Origin: Azolla caroliniana
Taxonomy: Eukaryota > Plantae > Polypodiophyta
Length of the DNA stretch: 64,000 nucleotides
Direction: 5' to 3'
Assembly: GCA_043228905.1 (NCBI GenBank)
Contig: JBHGNT010000022.1
Coordinates: forward strand, 7,130,001-7,194,000
The notes under the pieces were generated by a model. It ran no database searches, had not been told where the DNA came from, and saw only the letters and a list, made by a program, of their open reading frames with translations. This document shows, one piece after another, positions 12,973-27,445 of this stretch (positions are counted from its first letter, which is position 1; each line of letters starts with the position of its first letter). The translations under genes were made by a program, and so were the position numbers.

Positions 12973-15649
12973 TCAACTACTCATAGAGATGAAGGGCTCA
13001 TTGGTAGCACTAGGGTTCAACTCATCATATTGATCAATATTAGAGTTGATGGCTTCATATTTAGGTGCATCGTCAATATTATTGTGAAGTGTACTTGGAT
13101 TATATGCTAAGCTTGCACTTGTTAGTTGTTTGGCTTTTAGAGCTTGAAGATCCCAATTGGTATAGCCTAAAACAAAGAGCATCAAGAGTGCACATGTAGC
13201 TTGGGCTGCCAATAGCCCACACCAAAGTCCTACAAACCCAATCTTAAGCCCAAGAAAAAGAGCCACCGGCAAGCCAATAATGTAAAAAGAACCCAAGTTG
13301 ATATTGCTCCCCACGGTCGGTCTTGCACTCCCTCGTAAAATTCCACACCCAGTCGTTTGTGGACAATTCCCAAGTTCACACAACCCCACAATTGGCATTG
13401 CTGCACTTACCAGAGACAATGTTTCGTCATCATGTGTGAACATGGAGCCCCACACATGCCTCATACTTGTGGTGAACGTCATGGCCAAAAGGGCCAGTAC
13501 CGCAGCGCACATAAGGGCAACTCTTGTTGCATGTTGCGCTCTATCTGGCATGTTTGCACCAAGCTCATGACTGACACGTGTGGACACTGCAAGGCTCAAA
13601 GAAGATGGGAAGATGTAGACTAGAGATGTGACTTGGATTAAGATGCCCATAGCAGATACAGAGGCACGAGCATTGGGGAAAGAGCTTGAGAAGACAATCA
13701 TGAGTTCGTACCACCACCATTCCAAGCAAACTGATATGCAACTTGGTATTGCCAAATAGAGAAGAGGCTTCCACCCACGAACACATTCTCTAGACCAACT
13801 TCCCCACGTCCTCTTATGAATGCCAAAAATAAAAATGTAGGCTAAGAGAAAGAACAAGAGGTTGAAGTCTGTCCAAGTTGATGCAAGGGCAACACCTTTT
13901 ATACCCATTCCCCATACATGCACAAGAAGATAGTTAAGGCCCACATGTAGAATAAGGGCCAAAGAGGTGCAATGAGTTAGAGGAGAGGTGATATTTTGAG
14001 TTCTTAGGTAGATTCGTAGAGGGTTCAAGATGGATTGGGCCACTAGGTCAGGCAAAGAATAGAGAAGATATGTGCCTGCCATGTCACTTAGACCTTGGTC
14101 TTGGCCAAACCATAATAATATGTTGTGCATGTTTAACCACAATGCCCCAATCGGTAAACACAAGCAAAGGAGGAGTAATATGGTTCTTTGTAGGGCTAAC
14201 CCCATCAAATGCCATTTCTTGGCCCCAAATGCTTGCCCACATATAGGCTCCATCCCAAGTGCTAGTCCAGAGAGGACCGAATTACTTGTTATGTTAGCCA
14301 ACCCAATTGCAAGTGAACCTCCAGCAAGCTCAAGCTCACCGAGGCGACCCAAAAAGTACATCGAAGTCACCATCCTGCCATAAAGAAGCAATCCTAAGCA
14401 TATCATAGGGCATCCTATAGCACCAAGTTGCCTCAACTCTTGGACAACACTCTGCAAAAGTATTACAAAATGGACATCATAAGTTTATGACAAAAAGTAC
14501 ACTATGGTATACTTGTTTAGTTAGAGGCGCAAACCACATAAAGAAAACAAAGGGTACTATGATCAAGATATTGTGAGAAAACATTATACGCGTATTCTCA
14601 AAGCCTACAACAAGAATCTATACATATGTCAAACTGAATAGAGTTTTCATTATAAATGTAACAGTTGAGAATTTGGAACTTTATCTACTTTATGTGGGTT
14701 GTCCATGTCAAGCACCAAGAGTTATTCCCATGTTATGAGATCATCAATAGATGCAAACGTACATGTCAATATACACAGAGTTGATGATCATAAGATAGAA
14801 TACCCGCGAAGTCTCCAAGTAACATGATGACAATTCATGTAATCATCATAATTATTGCAGTCCATGACCGTGGACTACATGTATATATATAGTCCAATTG
14901 TCCATCATACATATGTCCTCATACTTAACAATATATGACATTTAACTAAAACTATACCTAACTAGGTCTAAGTGTAGTTAGGTCGAGCAAGGAGGTTAAT
15001 CATGTTAGTCTTAGCACAAAGGGGTGTCAACATGGAACCATATTGCATCTATTGGTGCATGCCAAAGCAATCAATTCGAGATACCCCTACTTAATTATGA
15101 TGTTGAAAGATCTAGATGTCATGAATCTAATTCTAGTGAGCATGCACACATAATGCAAATGTATCTTAGACATAAGTTAGGGACATCTTGATACATGGTA
15201 ATCCTCCAAACATATCAACCTAACCTTGAAGTATGTATCCAATCTCAAGTGGATGGGAAAAAACCAAGTGAACTTATACTTCTGCTTATAATATTGTTAG
15301 GACCAATGTCATATGGTTAGTTATATTCATTAAGTGTTTTTATGATCTCCCCAATTGATATATAGGGATCCTATGGAGTTATATGAGTTCTTCAAATATT
15401 AATGCCAAAAATGATGTAGTTAATGTGCATAAAACAATATACCTTTCGATCTAGGGTTGAAGGATCAATGAATTGTTCATGTAGTTGTTGGTCATGTGTC
15501 AATAAATGATCATCATCACATTGAGCAGTAATGATATGACTTAATTTGTGGATTGAATATGGAGTAGGGTGTTTATCATCATGAAGGTGGTCATGGCTAC
15601 TAGAGTGAGGAAGAAGGCAAATTGAAGTAGAATTAAGATCATGGCACAT
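12973..15649 (-). CDS. MATE/DTX family transporter (DTX48-51-like clade); two exons 15649-15443 and 14451-12973, ~561 aa
   Basis: Exon 2 carries LGRLGELELAGGSLAIG, GMEPICGQAFGAK, CLEWWWYE and CELGNCPQTTGCGILRGSARP. Exon 1 starts MC.. (ATG at 15649) and ends DRK at aag|gtatat. Acceptor ttttgcag|agt at 14452/14451. The phase-0 join is in frame. Confidence 0.92.
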
Positions 15650-18154
15650 CTTGAGAGATTGTGGAAAAATAATTGTAGAAAAAAGAAGCTACTAATTGAA
15701 GGAATGGGTAATTACAGATGTGTGTGTATGCGTGTTGGTATAGGGGAAGCAAGAAGGTTGAGGATCAAGCTATTTAAATGCATTAAAAGTAAAGAAATTA
15801 AAAATGTTGTTTTAGTGTAGTAAGAAAAAATATATACAAGCACACACATACATATAACTTACTCATGTTTGTCTTTATGGTATCACATCATGTCACCTTA
15901 CATGCCATAAAGAAAAGTACAAGCATCACTAATTGATGATATACAATCATAGGACATATATACATGCATTCTTTGTACCTATGTATACATCTAGTCATGT
16001 GTCCGTAAGTATGTAGCATATGCGTGCGTGGATGTAATGATAATCAAGCACACACATTCTTACCTCAGCGAGAGATAAGACCACTGACAACCAATGTTGG
16101 GAAAAGAATCAAGAACTCTATTGGTAGACATGAATATATGTTGTATGTACCACAATCAAACTCGTTAAAGAGGACACGCATGTATTAAAGGCGATCGAGA
16201 TGATGACGATGACAATATATTATTGTCCTAGGGAGCCCAATGACCCTAAAAAATAATAGTTCAAGCATGTCTCCTTTGCTAACGTTGAAGGTGTAGCCAC
16301 ATGTGGACCATGCATTTTTCTTACAGTCACTCCTATGCTTGAGTAGGATACATTTATGCTTAAAGACAATGAAGCTCATGATCAAAGGAAAGGGGACACT
16401 ATTAATGTATGCATGTGGACGGGATATGAATAAATGCATTTCTCTCGACATACACAAAGAAAGAAATAAACATGTGTATGTGTATATGTATAGAAAGAGT
16501 CTCAAGATATCATTTTGCAATTTGGCAAGCCTCGCAATTAGTTCATAGTCATGATTTGACAAGTTTTGAAATCTTTGTACTCCAAAGCACCCAAACCTAC
16601 GAACTTCTAAAATCCAAAGTCTTCAAACATTTATGTTTAATATATCATTGAGGTTGATATAGAACGTGTAAATAATTTAGGAAGATGGTTCATGAATTCA
16701 AACAAACATGCAAAAGAGTTTATTTGATGGCACCCATATTATGTGTAGACACCTACAAAAATAAGACATTTGGGAATAAATTAATATGAAGGGTAGGTAA
16801 ATTTATTTAAACTTAGGATAATTCCATAAGTTTCTGTAAACGTAAGTATAGATGAATATTTCTCATATGTGAAAATATAAAAATGATTACATCTTTTTTA
16901 ATGAGAAGTAGTACGATTTGTTTTGCCTTTCACGTAGCAATGGAGTGTAATGCTTTAATAGACTTGCCCCTTGAAAAACAAGGGAGACCTCAAGTGAAAG
17001 ATAATCAAACTTGATAGATAAATAGAGACATTGATGTACATGTATGTATGTGAAGACATTTAAAGAGACTGAGATAGTGCATCAAAGAGTACAAGAGATA
17101 TTGACTCGTGTGCACTGTGTTTGTGTGTGATTTTAATCAAAGTTATGTAGACCTCTACTAGCTTCTTGTTTCTTTGGTCACTAATGATAGTATATTTTTT
17201 GTCTCTTCTCTTTTGTCTCAATTTGTACACTTTATCAGTAGTGAACCCTCAAGAAGAAGAAAGGGATGATCTTTTTGCTAACACGAATATTTTATCATCA
17301 CTTAACCCTAACCAGTCTAGGATAATTAAAGTTTATAACCTACAAACACTAACAAAGCTTCTACAACCATACATAATTTGAGGCAATGGCTATCATATAT
17401 TGAATTTATTTTAGGCATAACCAAAGAATACCAAAGGCAATTCTAGATACTAACATATGAGTACCCAATTTCATATCAAGCAACACATGACCTATACACT
17501 TCAGGTTTCAAAACGTTAAGTCTTATAAATCTTAAATGTAATAATATCCAAGCAAACAATGAAACAATCATCCAAGTGTTTCCTTAACTCAAGTCTTGTT
17601 TTGGAAAATTTATCTTAAGAGGGGTTCGAAATTAGGGAGTTTACCTAACCTCATCAACTCAAGTGTGTCATGGTGCAACTTGGTTTTAGAGCCTATTATC
17701 AATAACAAGCCTTAACACTAGGCCCATGATGTAATGATAAAAATCATTTGTATTTTAAAACTTGGTTACAATTAAACGAAATGCAAAACCCATTGTCTTT
17801 TGCTTTTAAAGATTGGTTGGCCACAAGTAAAAAATACCCTTTGTCAAAATGCAGCATGCAAAACTTGTGACTTTATTAGAAATAATTTGTAAATGCAAAG
17901 CTTGCACATCGTGTTTAGCATGTATAAGACTAGTTTTCTAGAAAGCTAAATTGGCTACATTTGATAGAAATCACAAGTATTCTACTAGATTATGTTAGCA
18001 AACAAATCTATCTATACCTAGAAGATGATAGAAATATATATAGACTATGGTATATCATATGCTTCATTCTATGTGGAAGGCATTATATCTCATATGAGAA
18101 AAGAAGTAATGGTACTCCATTGAAGGCCATGAAATAAGAAGGCAATTTGAGTAA

Positions 18155-18276
18155 GCCACTAGTCAATGTCGAGAATGTTCACTTGTTATTATGCATCAAA
18201 AACTAATAACCACTAGTCATGTTGAGAAATATCGGTTGTTATTATGTACAAAATGTGATAACCACTAGTTATGGTG
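18155..18276. repeat. Degenerate ~53-bp tandem repeat (~2.5 copies)
   Basis: ccactagtca...tgttattatg unit recurs at ~18156, ~18210 and ~18262. Confidence 0.6.
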
Positions 18277-20572
18277 ATAAATTTAATTTGAATGAAGGTC
18301 ATGAGCTATTACTAGATTTGGTACAAATATACATAAATACTTGGTAACTAGAGATAGCTATGAGTACTGTCTAAAGATTAACAACTTTCTAGATAATGTC
18401 ATCCCTTGAGTCTACAATAATGTAGTAATCAGAATTATGAACTTGCTCGAGGTAAAACATGTGCCGTCAATGAGTCGCCCCACCTCACATTGAAGCAAAG
18501 TGAGCTAATCCATGTGGAAGAGATTTTGGAACAATAGAGACCCATTTCAACATACATTACATTCGTCTAGAACTCATTGCTTTATTTTCTTTTAAACTTT
18601 TTTTTTTCCAAAAAAAAAACACTACTTCCCATTAGTTAGCAAAAGAAGTACATCAAAGATCAGCCATAATCAAAACAACATAATCCCCACCCTACTATTT
18701 ACAACAAAAGTATCCTGCTAACACTTTGTACATGGTGACCACATATTTACAACTCCTGTTCATTCATGGTTTTAAACTTTTTACTCATTCCCCATGCAAT
18801 ATGATCATGTCCATGCTCCATGCATGTGTTTGTTTTTCATTGATCATGTTCGGTTCACATCTATATTTGGTTTTTTCTTTGATCTCTCTGGTCTCTAATA
18901 CAATCTCGCTTTTGCACGATTTTATACGCTTTTTGAGCATGGTTTCATTACTCCTATTAAGAAACCAATCTACAACTTAGGCTTTGAAAAGGCTTGGTAA
19001 CCATATTTGAGAGGGATAGAAAAAATGCACATCTTATGACATTCTAGAACCATTGTACTTTATTAGGTAATGTTAAAAACCTCCCATATTTTTTTACAGG
19101 GATAGAAACACATAGAATGTGTTGCTTTACTCTATTTTCTAACTTTTTTGTCATTTGCTTCATCAAAAATTTGCTAATTAAAAACATATTCTTTGTAGGT
19201 GAAGATTTATCAACACATGAGGATTTATTCTCGGAAAAAATTGATATAATCTATTGGTGTCTATAGCATTTCCAATAGTTGTGCCATATTAGTGTATTAG
19301 CAATATGAAACACGAGGTTCCATTTTCCAAATATTAGGTTTTTATAGTGTTTTGGCATAGAGACTCAAACAATCCATATGATGTTAAGAATTTCATTTGT
19401 TCACCTTAAATTAAGAGACGTTGCATGAACGCCATACAAGAGTCTTCAACCATTTATAAAGGTAGGCCATAATTTAAAGAATGTGTCATTTGTAGTTTAT
19501 GAGGAACATCTGCACACCCCTCAATAGAGCCAATCTGAAAATAATATATGCTCATCAGATTTAATACCTAGACGACAACACATACATATATTTCTTTGTT
19601 TCATTGATGAACTATCACACCCTAGATCTAATGATACTAAATTCATGAAGTTCGTCTATTGGTGAGCACTTCACACCTTTACTTATGCCACTTACAAAGC
19701 TAGGCTACTTTCTTTTTCCAAAACTTGGGATGAGTCTCCTTTCCCTTAAGTTACACATACCTTTTATTTATGTACACTAGTGGCTTCGAAATTTCAATCA
19801 ATTAGCATAGTGTTGGGTGGGATTACACTTTAAGATATTAATAGTCATGTTAACACAATCATCACTATGTCATAGCATTTGGTACCAATGTTTTGATGTT
19901 GGAAAGGCAACATCATGCATGCCCATCTATATGTAATGCCCGACATGTGAGGTGGGTTAGCTCCAAAATTCACTAACTCAATTCTTCCTTTTTGTTAGGA
20001 TATTGATTTGGTTGGTTCTTCTTCGAAGAGAGTTGAGACCTATTCTAGTCTACTCAATCCGCTTCCCACTTCTTTATTTTACCAATACATCATAGAACTA
20101 AAAAGAGCCACAAGTATTTAGTTGATAGTTTATTGGATTGAAATCGGTGTGTATTGAGAAGACTTTTCAAACAAATAGTTTGGACATTTATCACTCATTG
20201 AAGCTTAGTTTGAAAAAACCTTGTACAAAAAAAAACATAAATGGAGGTATTGTTGTATCTAAAAGAGTTTTTCGTAGGCATGCCAAGGATTTAGCCTTAG
20301 AATTTGGACCTAAAAATGTGGAAGGAAGTTGGAAATCGGAAGGGATGTGGTTCATTAGGGGTGTCATACCGCAATCACAACTCCTTTATGATACATGTAT
20401 ATGCACAACCACCATATACGTAGTATTTCACATATCACACACATGCGCACACACACAAGTTGGAAATTGAATTGAGCATACAGTATACATATTCTTATGT
20501 TTATTAAATGTTCCAATATACACTTATAGACTTTTCACATATTTTGCCTATAAATTTGGTAGGATTATGTAC

Positions 20573-20728
20573 TAAGGCATTAGTTATTTTATTAAGGTTG
20601 TGATTAAATATCCTCTTAAGTAGGACTTACCCCTTTTCTAGTGTTTTTGTGTATGAGTGTGTATTAAGGCACTAGTTATTTAATTAAGGTTGTGATTAAG
20701 TCTTTGCTATGTATGACCTACCCTTTTG
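20573..20728. repeat. Degenerate ~92-bp direct duplication
   Basis: taaggca(t/c)tagttattt.attaaggttgtgattaa...gac.tacccctttt occurs twice. Confidence 0.7.
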
Positions 20729-23601
20729 AGAAGTGCTCAATTCATACTTCATGAGAATAAATTCAGTATCATAACTAATTGACCAAACAAACTATATGCA
20801 CAAAAAAGTCCCAAACAAAGATTCTCTTTACATCCATAGGAAATTCTTGTCCATGGAAACACACATTGAATATGCATTGTTGTAACATCAACACTACAAC
20901 AATGCTTTTCTAGATTCCCGACCCATCTAATGTATATTAGTGCATTGAGCAATATCGGTGGAAACAACACTAGAGTTTATTTGACCTTTATTCACAATAT
21001 TTATCCACAAATATGGTTTATGATCCTAGAATATATATCATTTGCAAGTCAAGCAAATCATTAATATGTTAGCTTTGCAATTATTGTCATGCAACTATGG
21101 TTTCATGTTTATCCAATTTATAAGTCCGTTGGGATGTATGCATGCATGTAAATCATACAAATATATGTATTTATGTATAAGATTATAATCATATCAATTG
21201 ATCTAGGTCCTTTACATTTTTTAAACAATGTTGAATATTGTTTGAAACTTGTCGGGAATCTTTCCTAGTGGGGAAATTGTGAGACAAGAACAATGCAGAG
21301 TAGGTGATGCATTGAGAATAATTGTGAAAAGAGAATGGATGGCAGAGAACATAGGCTTTTGGAAAGATTATAGAAGGAATAATTTTGGAAAAAATGAGGC
21401 TTACAAAATTAACTTCTTTAAAATGGATATATGCATCACCATCAATAATCTTTTTATTTCTTACTACTTACTTTTCTTAAAGTTTTTCATTATTCGATGT
21501 TATTATCATATGGATTTGCATAAGTTCCTTATGTTTGAACGCATTGTTCTTGCTTAGAAGTTAGAACTTTGTAAGAAGATAAAGATTTGCTATTGGTGAA
21601 TAAAAAACAGATTACTTTATTAGTTTGTTGGTGAATCAATGTGTGATCATAAACAATAAAATGATATATGCACAAAAATATAAAGGGAGGGGAGATGAAT
21701 ATAAAGACAAATATATATAGTGAAAGATGATATAAATAATTTATGTTGTAATCAATTATAGATCAGAAAATTTCTCACAATAAGTTAGATGTTGAAGTCA
21801 ATAACTCGCTTAGACAAATAGAAACTTGCCTAGTGATTGGACATGTTTTGACGAGTGGAAGTATACTAGCTATACTTATTTTGTTTATGTATGACTTGAC
21901 GAATGCCTTGAGAAACTATATGGTGTGAATAATTTCATTTAGTGCTCAACCTTGCTAACACATCCACCTATTTCAAATGGTACAACAACAATAAAGAACA
22001 TCTAGGTAACAAATTACAATTATATTTTGTATATATTTATCATATCCTTAGCTTTAACCATTGGGATTAAAGTAAGGATGATAACCCTATAAGTCACAAT
22101 ATTGATAACCATGTAAGTCACAATGCCAATATTGGTTACCAAATCAATACGATGCAATACACACACACACACACACACCGTGATTCATTGTCATTAGGTC
22201 TCTTACTTAATGATGGAATAGAAGAATTAATGAGCTATGAATATACAATTAGTCACTAAAATGGAAGAAAGGAATTAATTAATAGAACATAATCTTTTTC
22301 AGCAAAATACATCGTCAATAAAAATTAATTTGTTGGTTTCATGATGTTTGAGGGTAACCATTTTCGTTAAATGACATGGCAACTCAACACATGATACATC
22401 CCAATTAAATGATAAAAACAAATGCATAATGTAATTGCCATAGTTACTCTTTGTAGATTTATATGACTTCCATGTACAATCCTTGTCCCAATATATCTCT
22501 ATGTAATGACCTTAAAGGAAGTGTGAACATGTGGGGAGATAGGAAACAAAGAGAGGTATAAAATAGATTGTTCGATTTCATAATGCCTTAGGCTAGGCTG
22601 ATTTGATGGTTTGGCTTCTCATTCTTCCTTGCTACAACTTTCCAAGATATCATCGTGATGACCATAATAATAAAGTTGAAAAGATGATGGGAATCTACCA
22701 AGCCACTTAAGCTTGAATGTTTCCAACGAAGTCCACCATTCGACCCAATTTACAAAGCTCTCGAACGATTGTTGATTCATTGTTGTGACAATGATTGTCA
22801 TTTACAAAAAACTTTACTAGGGATCTATTATGACATTATTGTCTAAATTCAATAAAAGGAGAAGGGAAACAGGAGGGGATGACGTTACTCACAAATATGT
22901 ACATGTGTCATGTGAGCTCAATAGGAGGGATTTAAAAAAACAAACTATACACATTAGGTACCTAAAAAGGGGTACACGTTTAAAGGCTTTCATGCTGTAT
23001 AGGAAAAGAGTAAATTAGTTTATTTGAAATATAAGGTGACTTTCCAAAAGGTTTTGAATGCATCTTTGTAACAACACAAAATGCCAAACACTTTTAGTAT
23101 GGAGTCTAGTTTTCAGTGTGCATATATAGAGATGTATGTCCATATTGTATTTTTTTAACAACAAATTATTTGTTACAAGACCGAAATTGTTGGGAAAGAA
23201 GGAGACAAACACTTTTGTATACAATAATTATTAGTCCCAATGAACTTATGATGTCTAATTAAACGAGCAATGAGATTTGCTTGATGCATAAAATGATTAC
23301 ATAACAAGAAATAGAATTCAAAAGGATTTATTTTGTCTTATTGATAATTTTGTTTTGAAATACTTGATAGTTGAAGAAAATAGGCTATTAATAATGTTAG
23401 AAGTTAGAACCTTTATAACTTTCAAGAAGTGAATGGAAACTGTCAATGCTGGCTGGCATGTCAAGTAGAAAGTTTATTTTGCCTCAGTTGATGAAGATTC
23501 CATTCTTGCTAATACTATGCCCTACAAGCATGTTGTTAACTACTCTAAATGTGCACTTCAAGGGGTATAGGCCTACGTGATTAGCATGAAACCATTGTAA
23601 G

Positions 23602-23760
23602 TAGGAATCAACAATAGTTTGGTTGGGCTTAACCAGTTTGGCCTTTTCCAAACCAAACCGGACTAAGCTCAAACTAGTTAAGGAAGCTCAAGCCTAAACC
23701 GAACCACCAAACCATTTAAAAGCGGTTTTGGCGGTTCAGTTTGGCCGTTGCCGATTCCTA
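23602..23760. mobile_element. hAT-type MITE, 159 bp, with 8-bp target site duplication
   Basis: TSD attgtaag at 23594-23601 and 23761-23768; imperfect TIRs taggaatcaacaa / ttgccgattccta; internal aaacc/ggttt motifs. Confidence 0.9.
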
Positions 23761-24929
23761 ATTGTAAGCATAGCCCCAAGTGGTGTAAGTGGTCGACTTG
23801 GTCACTGAAGATAGCAAAATTGTAGGGAACATAAAGGAGGGTATATGTTGGGCTTGAAGATCTTGACAAAGACGCGTTATCTCAAGGTGTTCACATCAAG
23901 TGCATGTCTTTGTACATGCGTAATTGAGTCTCCACTCTAGGTTCGTTGGTCAATGGGTTTGCAGAGTTGTATACCCTATTGATAGATAGTTGGGCGAGAG
24001 TGCTTGCCAATCATTCTTGAGTGACTAAATTTGCTAACTCAAATATCATGAACTCTTGCTCACCTCTCCTAGGAACTTAATCTCATGAAGAGGCTTGCTA
24101 ATACCCTAAATGGATTTTAGTATTAAGGAAATATGCTAATAAATGCCAACAAAGAGAAAAAAATGTAAACACACATAACACATAATAGAAAAGAGTCACA
24201 GGTTTTGGCTAAGTAGCACTTAACCTTAATCACTCCAATTAAGAGGGAGAGGAAATGAGCTCTAGCTTGAGTTCTAATGGGGGTTAAGATGAGTCGCTAC
24301 GAGTTTGACAAGTGGGTTGTATTGAAGAAACCATAAAATAGTTCTTTAGCGTCATTCCAGGAGTTTGAGTGTAAGTTCGCTTGACTTTCGGATTGAGATC
24401 GAAGACTAGTGGGGGTGGACAAAGTGCGAATGTTTTTAAAGTCCGTCGATCGAGATGAAAGGATGAAGCTTGGTATACTATTAGAAGTTGATGATGGCAC
24501 TAATGGATTAATTGATAATTGGGATGATGTTAGACAAACCTCTCACCAATATCATAAGTAGAGAATGCACATGTAATTTAATCAATCACAAACAAGCTTG
24601 GGTAACTCGATCTCTACTCATTTGATGGGAAAGAGCTTGTTGAAGGAAAATGGGTCAATATTTGACCCAAAAGAATACATCAAGAATTCCTATGAGAGGC
24701 TAAAAGAAAACATCATTGCTAAAGACAAGTTGGGAAGGATGCTAATGCTAAAACCTAAAGATGACAACGTGCAACAAGCACATGAGTAAAATGTGATTAA
24801 CTTAGTATTGTATGTAAAAGAAAATGTACGGTATAAGGAGATGACGAGTGATGCGGGACTCAGATATGATGAATTCCTCTTGTGTGGAAATAAGAAGGTA
24901 GAAGAAAATGACAGAATTACAAAAGGGTG

Positions 24930-27445
24930 TATATGAGACTTAATTATTCTATTGAAGCCTCATTCGAAGAGGCAGTTTCCAATACAAAGACGAAACTTGG
25001 GGTCGGTCTAGATGACGGCATGAATGTCTTCTCCAAAGCTTCAATCATGAGTCTCACTAAGTTCAAGGAAGAGATAAAGGAAATTACAAGGGGTGGTCTA
25101 GATGATGGAAAAATGATATCGGTAATGGCTCCAACAAACCATATGGATGATGTTCGCTCTAAAACATGTATCACATGTCCGAACATAGTCTTCGACAAAT
25201 CTTCGCATACGGGGCCACCAAAATGATCGTTGTACTAAATCCAATGTTTTAGTACTACCAAAATGTTCGGCTATATATGTGTCATGACAATTTTGTACTA
25301 TTCGAAGGCGGCACGAACCATTGGGAACATACAAAAGTTTCTTAAAGAAGAGTAATCCATTATATGACATTCGAATTGCTGATAATCTATACCTAGTTGT
25401 TGTGATCGTGAACAAGATGCCCGAGAAGAGTCGATTTGATCTAGAATAGCTTTAGCAAAAACATATGTCTTCAAAACTTCATATATGGTATCGATAATGC
25501 AGGAATCCAATGGAGTGTCAAAGACCCACGTTGCTTGAAGTCGTGTTGGTCCTAGGATTACTTGCTTTTGATTGTCAAAGGCCGGATCATCGGGACGAGG
25601 AGCTAGATAGGAGCGTCGTGATAATGCATCTGCCTTCCCCTATTGCTTTCCCGGACGATATGTAATCTTAAAATCAAAATGAGTGAGGAATTGGGCCCAC
25701 CGAGCTTGTCATCTATTTAACACGCGAGCATTCTGAAAGTAGGCAAGATTCGTGCGACCACTGAATACAGTGACTTGATGAGGAGATCCTTCTAAAAAAA
25801 GCCTCCATCGTTCAAAAGAGTCCACTATTGCTAATAGCTCCTTTTCATGTATCTCGTAGTTGATTTTGGCGGTGTCAAATTTGCGTGAGTGAAACAGCTT
25901 CTCATCGTCGCCTTGTTGTGATAAAATACTACCTAGGGCGAAATCTGACACGTCTGCCTCCATGATAAATGGTTTTTGCGGATCAACATGAGCTAAAAAA
26001 AGAGCTGATGTAAATGCTTTCTTGAGACCCTCAAAAGCCGTGTCCGCTTCCCTAGACCAAACAAACGATTGACCCTTCTTTGTAAGCTGTATAAACTTTG
26101 AGTAGTCTTGTATAAACTTGTGATAGAAGTTTGCGAATCCTAGAAAGCATTGCACATCTCGTAACGAACGTGGAGTCTGCCACTCTAGTACAATTTAGAC
26201 TTTAGCCGGATCCATCGACCCAAGGAAATGACATAGCCGAGAAATTCCACCTGGCTACAATCAAAACTACACTTCTCCAACTTTGCATAAAGACCATGTT
26301 CTCGTAGTCATCTTATTGAGAATCATGCTCCTCCTGTGTCTTTGAATAAACTAGCAGATCATCCAAGTAGATGATTAAACAGACGTCCAAAAGATCTCGT
26401 TGGAATATATCATTTGTCATGTGCTGGAAGACTGTTGGCGCATTGGTGAGGCCAAATGGCATAACCGTATACTCGAAGTGCCCATATCGGGATCGGAAAG
26501 TTGTCTTCCATTCGTCTTTAGGTCAAATCCGTACGAGGTTATATGCTCCTCGTAAGTCGATTTTTGTGAAAAACTTGGCGCCATTAATCCTTTCTATAAG
26601 ACTTGAGATCAAGGGAAGTGCATACCTATTCTTGATGGTGATCTTATTCAAGCCACGGTAATCCACGACTAGATGAAGTGAACCATCTTTTTTCTTGACA
26701 AAGAAAATGTGTGCACCGGCTGAAGATTTTGAATGTCGAATGAAACTGTTTGCTAAATTTTCCTTTATGTAAGCTTGAAGAACTTCAAGCTCTATTGGTG
26801 ACAAGTTGTAGATTGGTCCCCACGGTGGCTCTTTTCCTGGCTGTAAATCAATGGGACAATCATACAGTCGATGATGAGGAAGAGTACTAGCTTTTACCTT
26901 ATCAAAAATATCAGCGTAATGATGATACTTTTTTGGAAGTTGAATTGTTGATTCCTCCTTAGCGGTGTTGGAAGGTTTCACTGATACTGTGAATACAAAC
27001 ATTGATTCTATGCGTCCTTCCTCACACAGTTGATGTAGCGAAATGGTTGAAACCTTATTAGTAGATTCTTGGGGTTTTCAATACCCGATTTCTCTTGTTC
27101 TCAAATCTATGTCCGGATTGTGTAATTCGAACAATGGTAACCCCAAAACAATCGGATGTTCTGGGCTACTAATTATATTAAACGATACTACACATGCCAA
27201 ATTATTTAGGACAATACTAATTGGCTCTGACTCTTCTATGATATTTTCAGAAGCAATGGGACGACTATCAATGACTACTACAGATGCTGGGTAGGGAAGT
27301 TTTCTTAGGGATATCTGATGAGCTTGCACAAAATTCCTATCCATGAAGCAAGAATCAACTTCGAAATCTAGGAGTGCTAAGATATGTACTAGAGGGGTAC
27401 TTTTAGTACTAACTATTACTTGAGCTAAGAACACATCCATGTCAC
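24930..27445 (-). mobile_element. Second decayed Ty3/gypsy (Tcn1-like) pol fragment: PR-RT-RNaseH-partial INT
   Basis: ALLDFEVDSCFM (protease), VVDYRGLNKITIKNRYALPLI and [13 protein letters not shown] (RT), MEADVSDFALGSILSQ and YEIHEKELLAIV (RNaseH), CHDTYIAEHFG..CDTC (integrase). Multiple stops and deletions. Confidence 0.92.

Noticed and set aside
14452-14457. TTG start of the MATE ORF given in the track
   Set aside because: It is the intron 3' end (ttgcag); the real start is most likely the ATG at 15649.
15700-23500. Short ORFs in the AT-rich intergenic region (also 9000-11300)
   Set aside because: No recognisable domains, coding bias or consistent splice structure.
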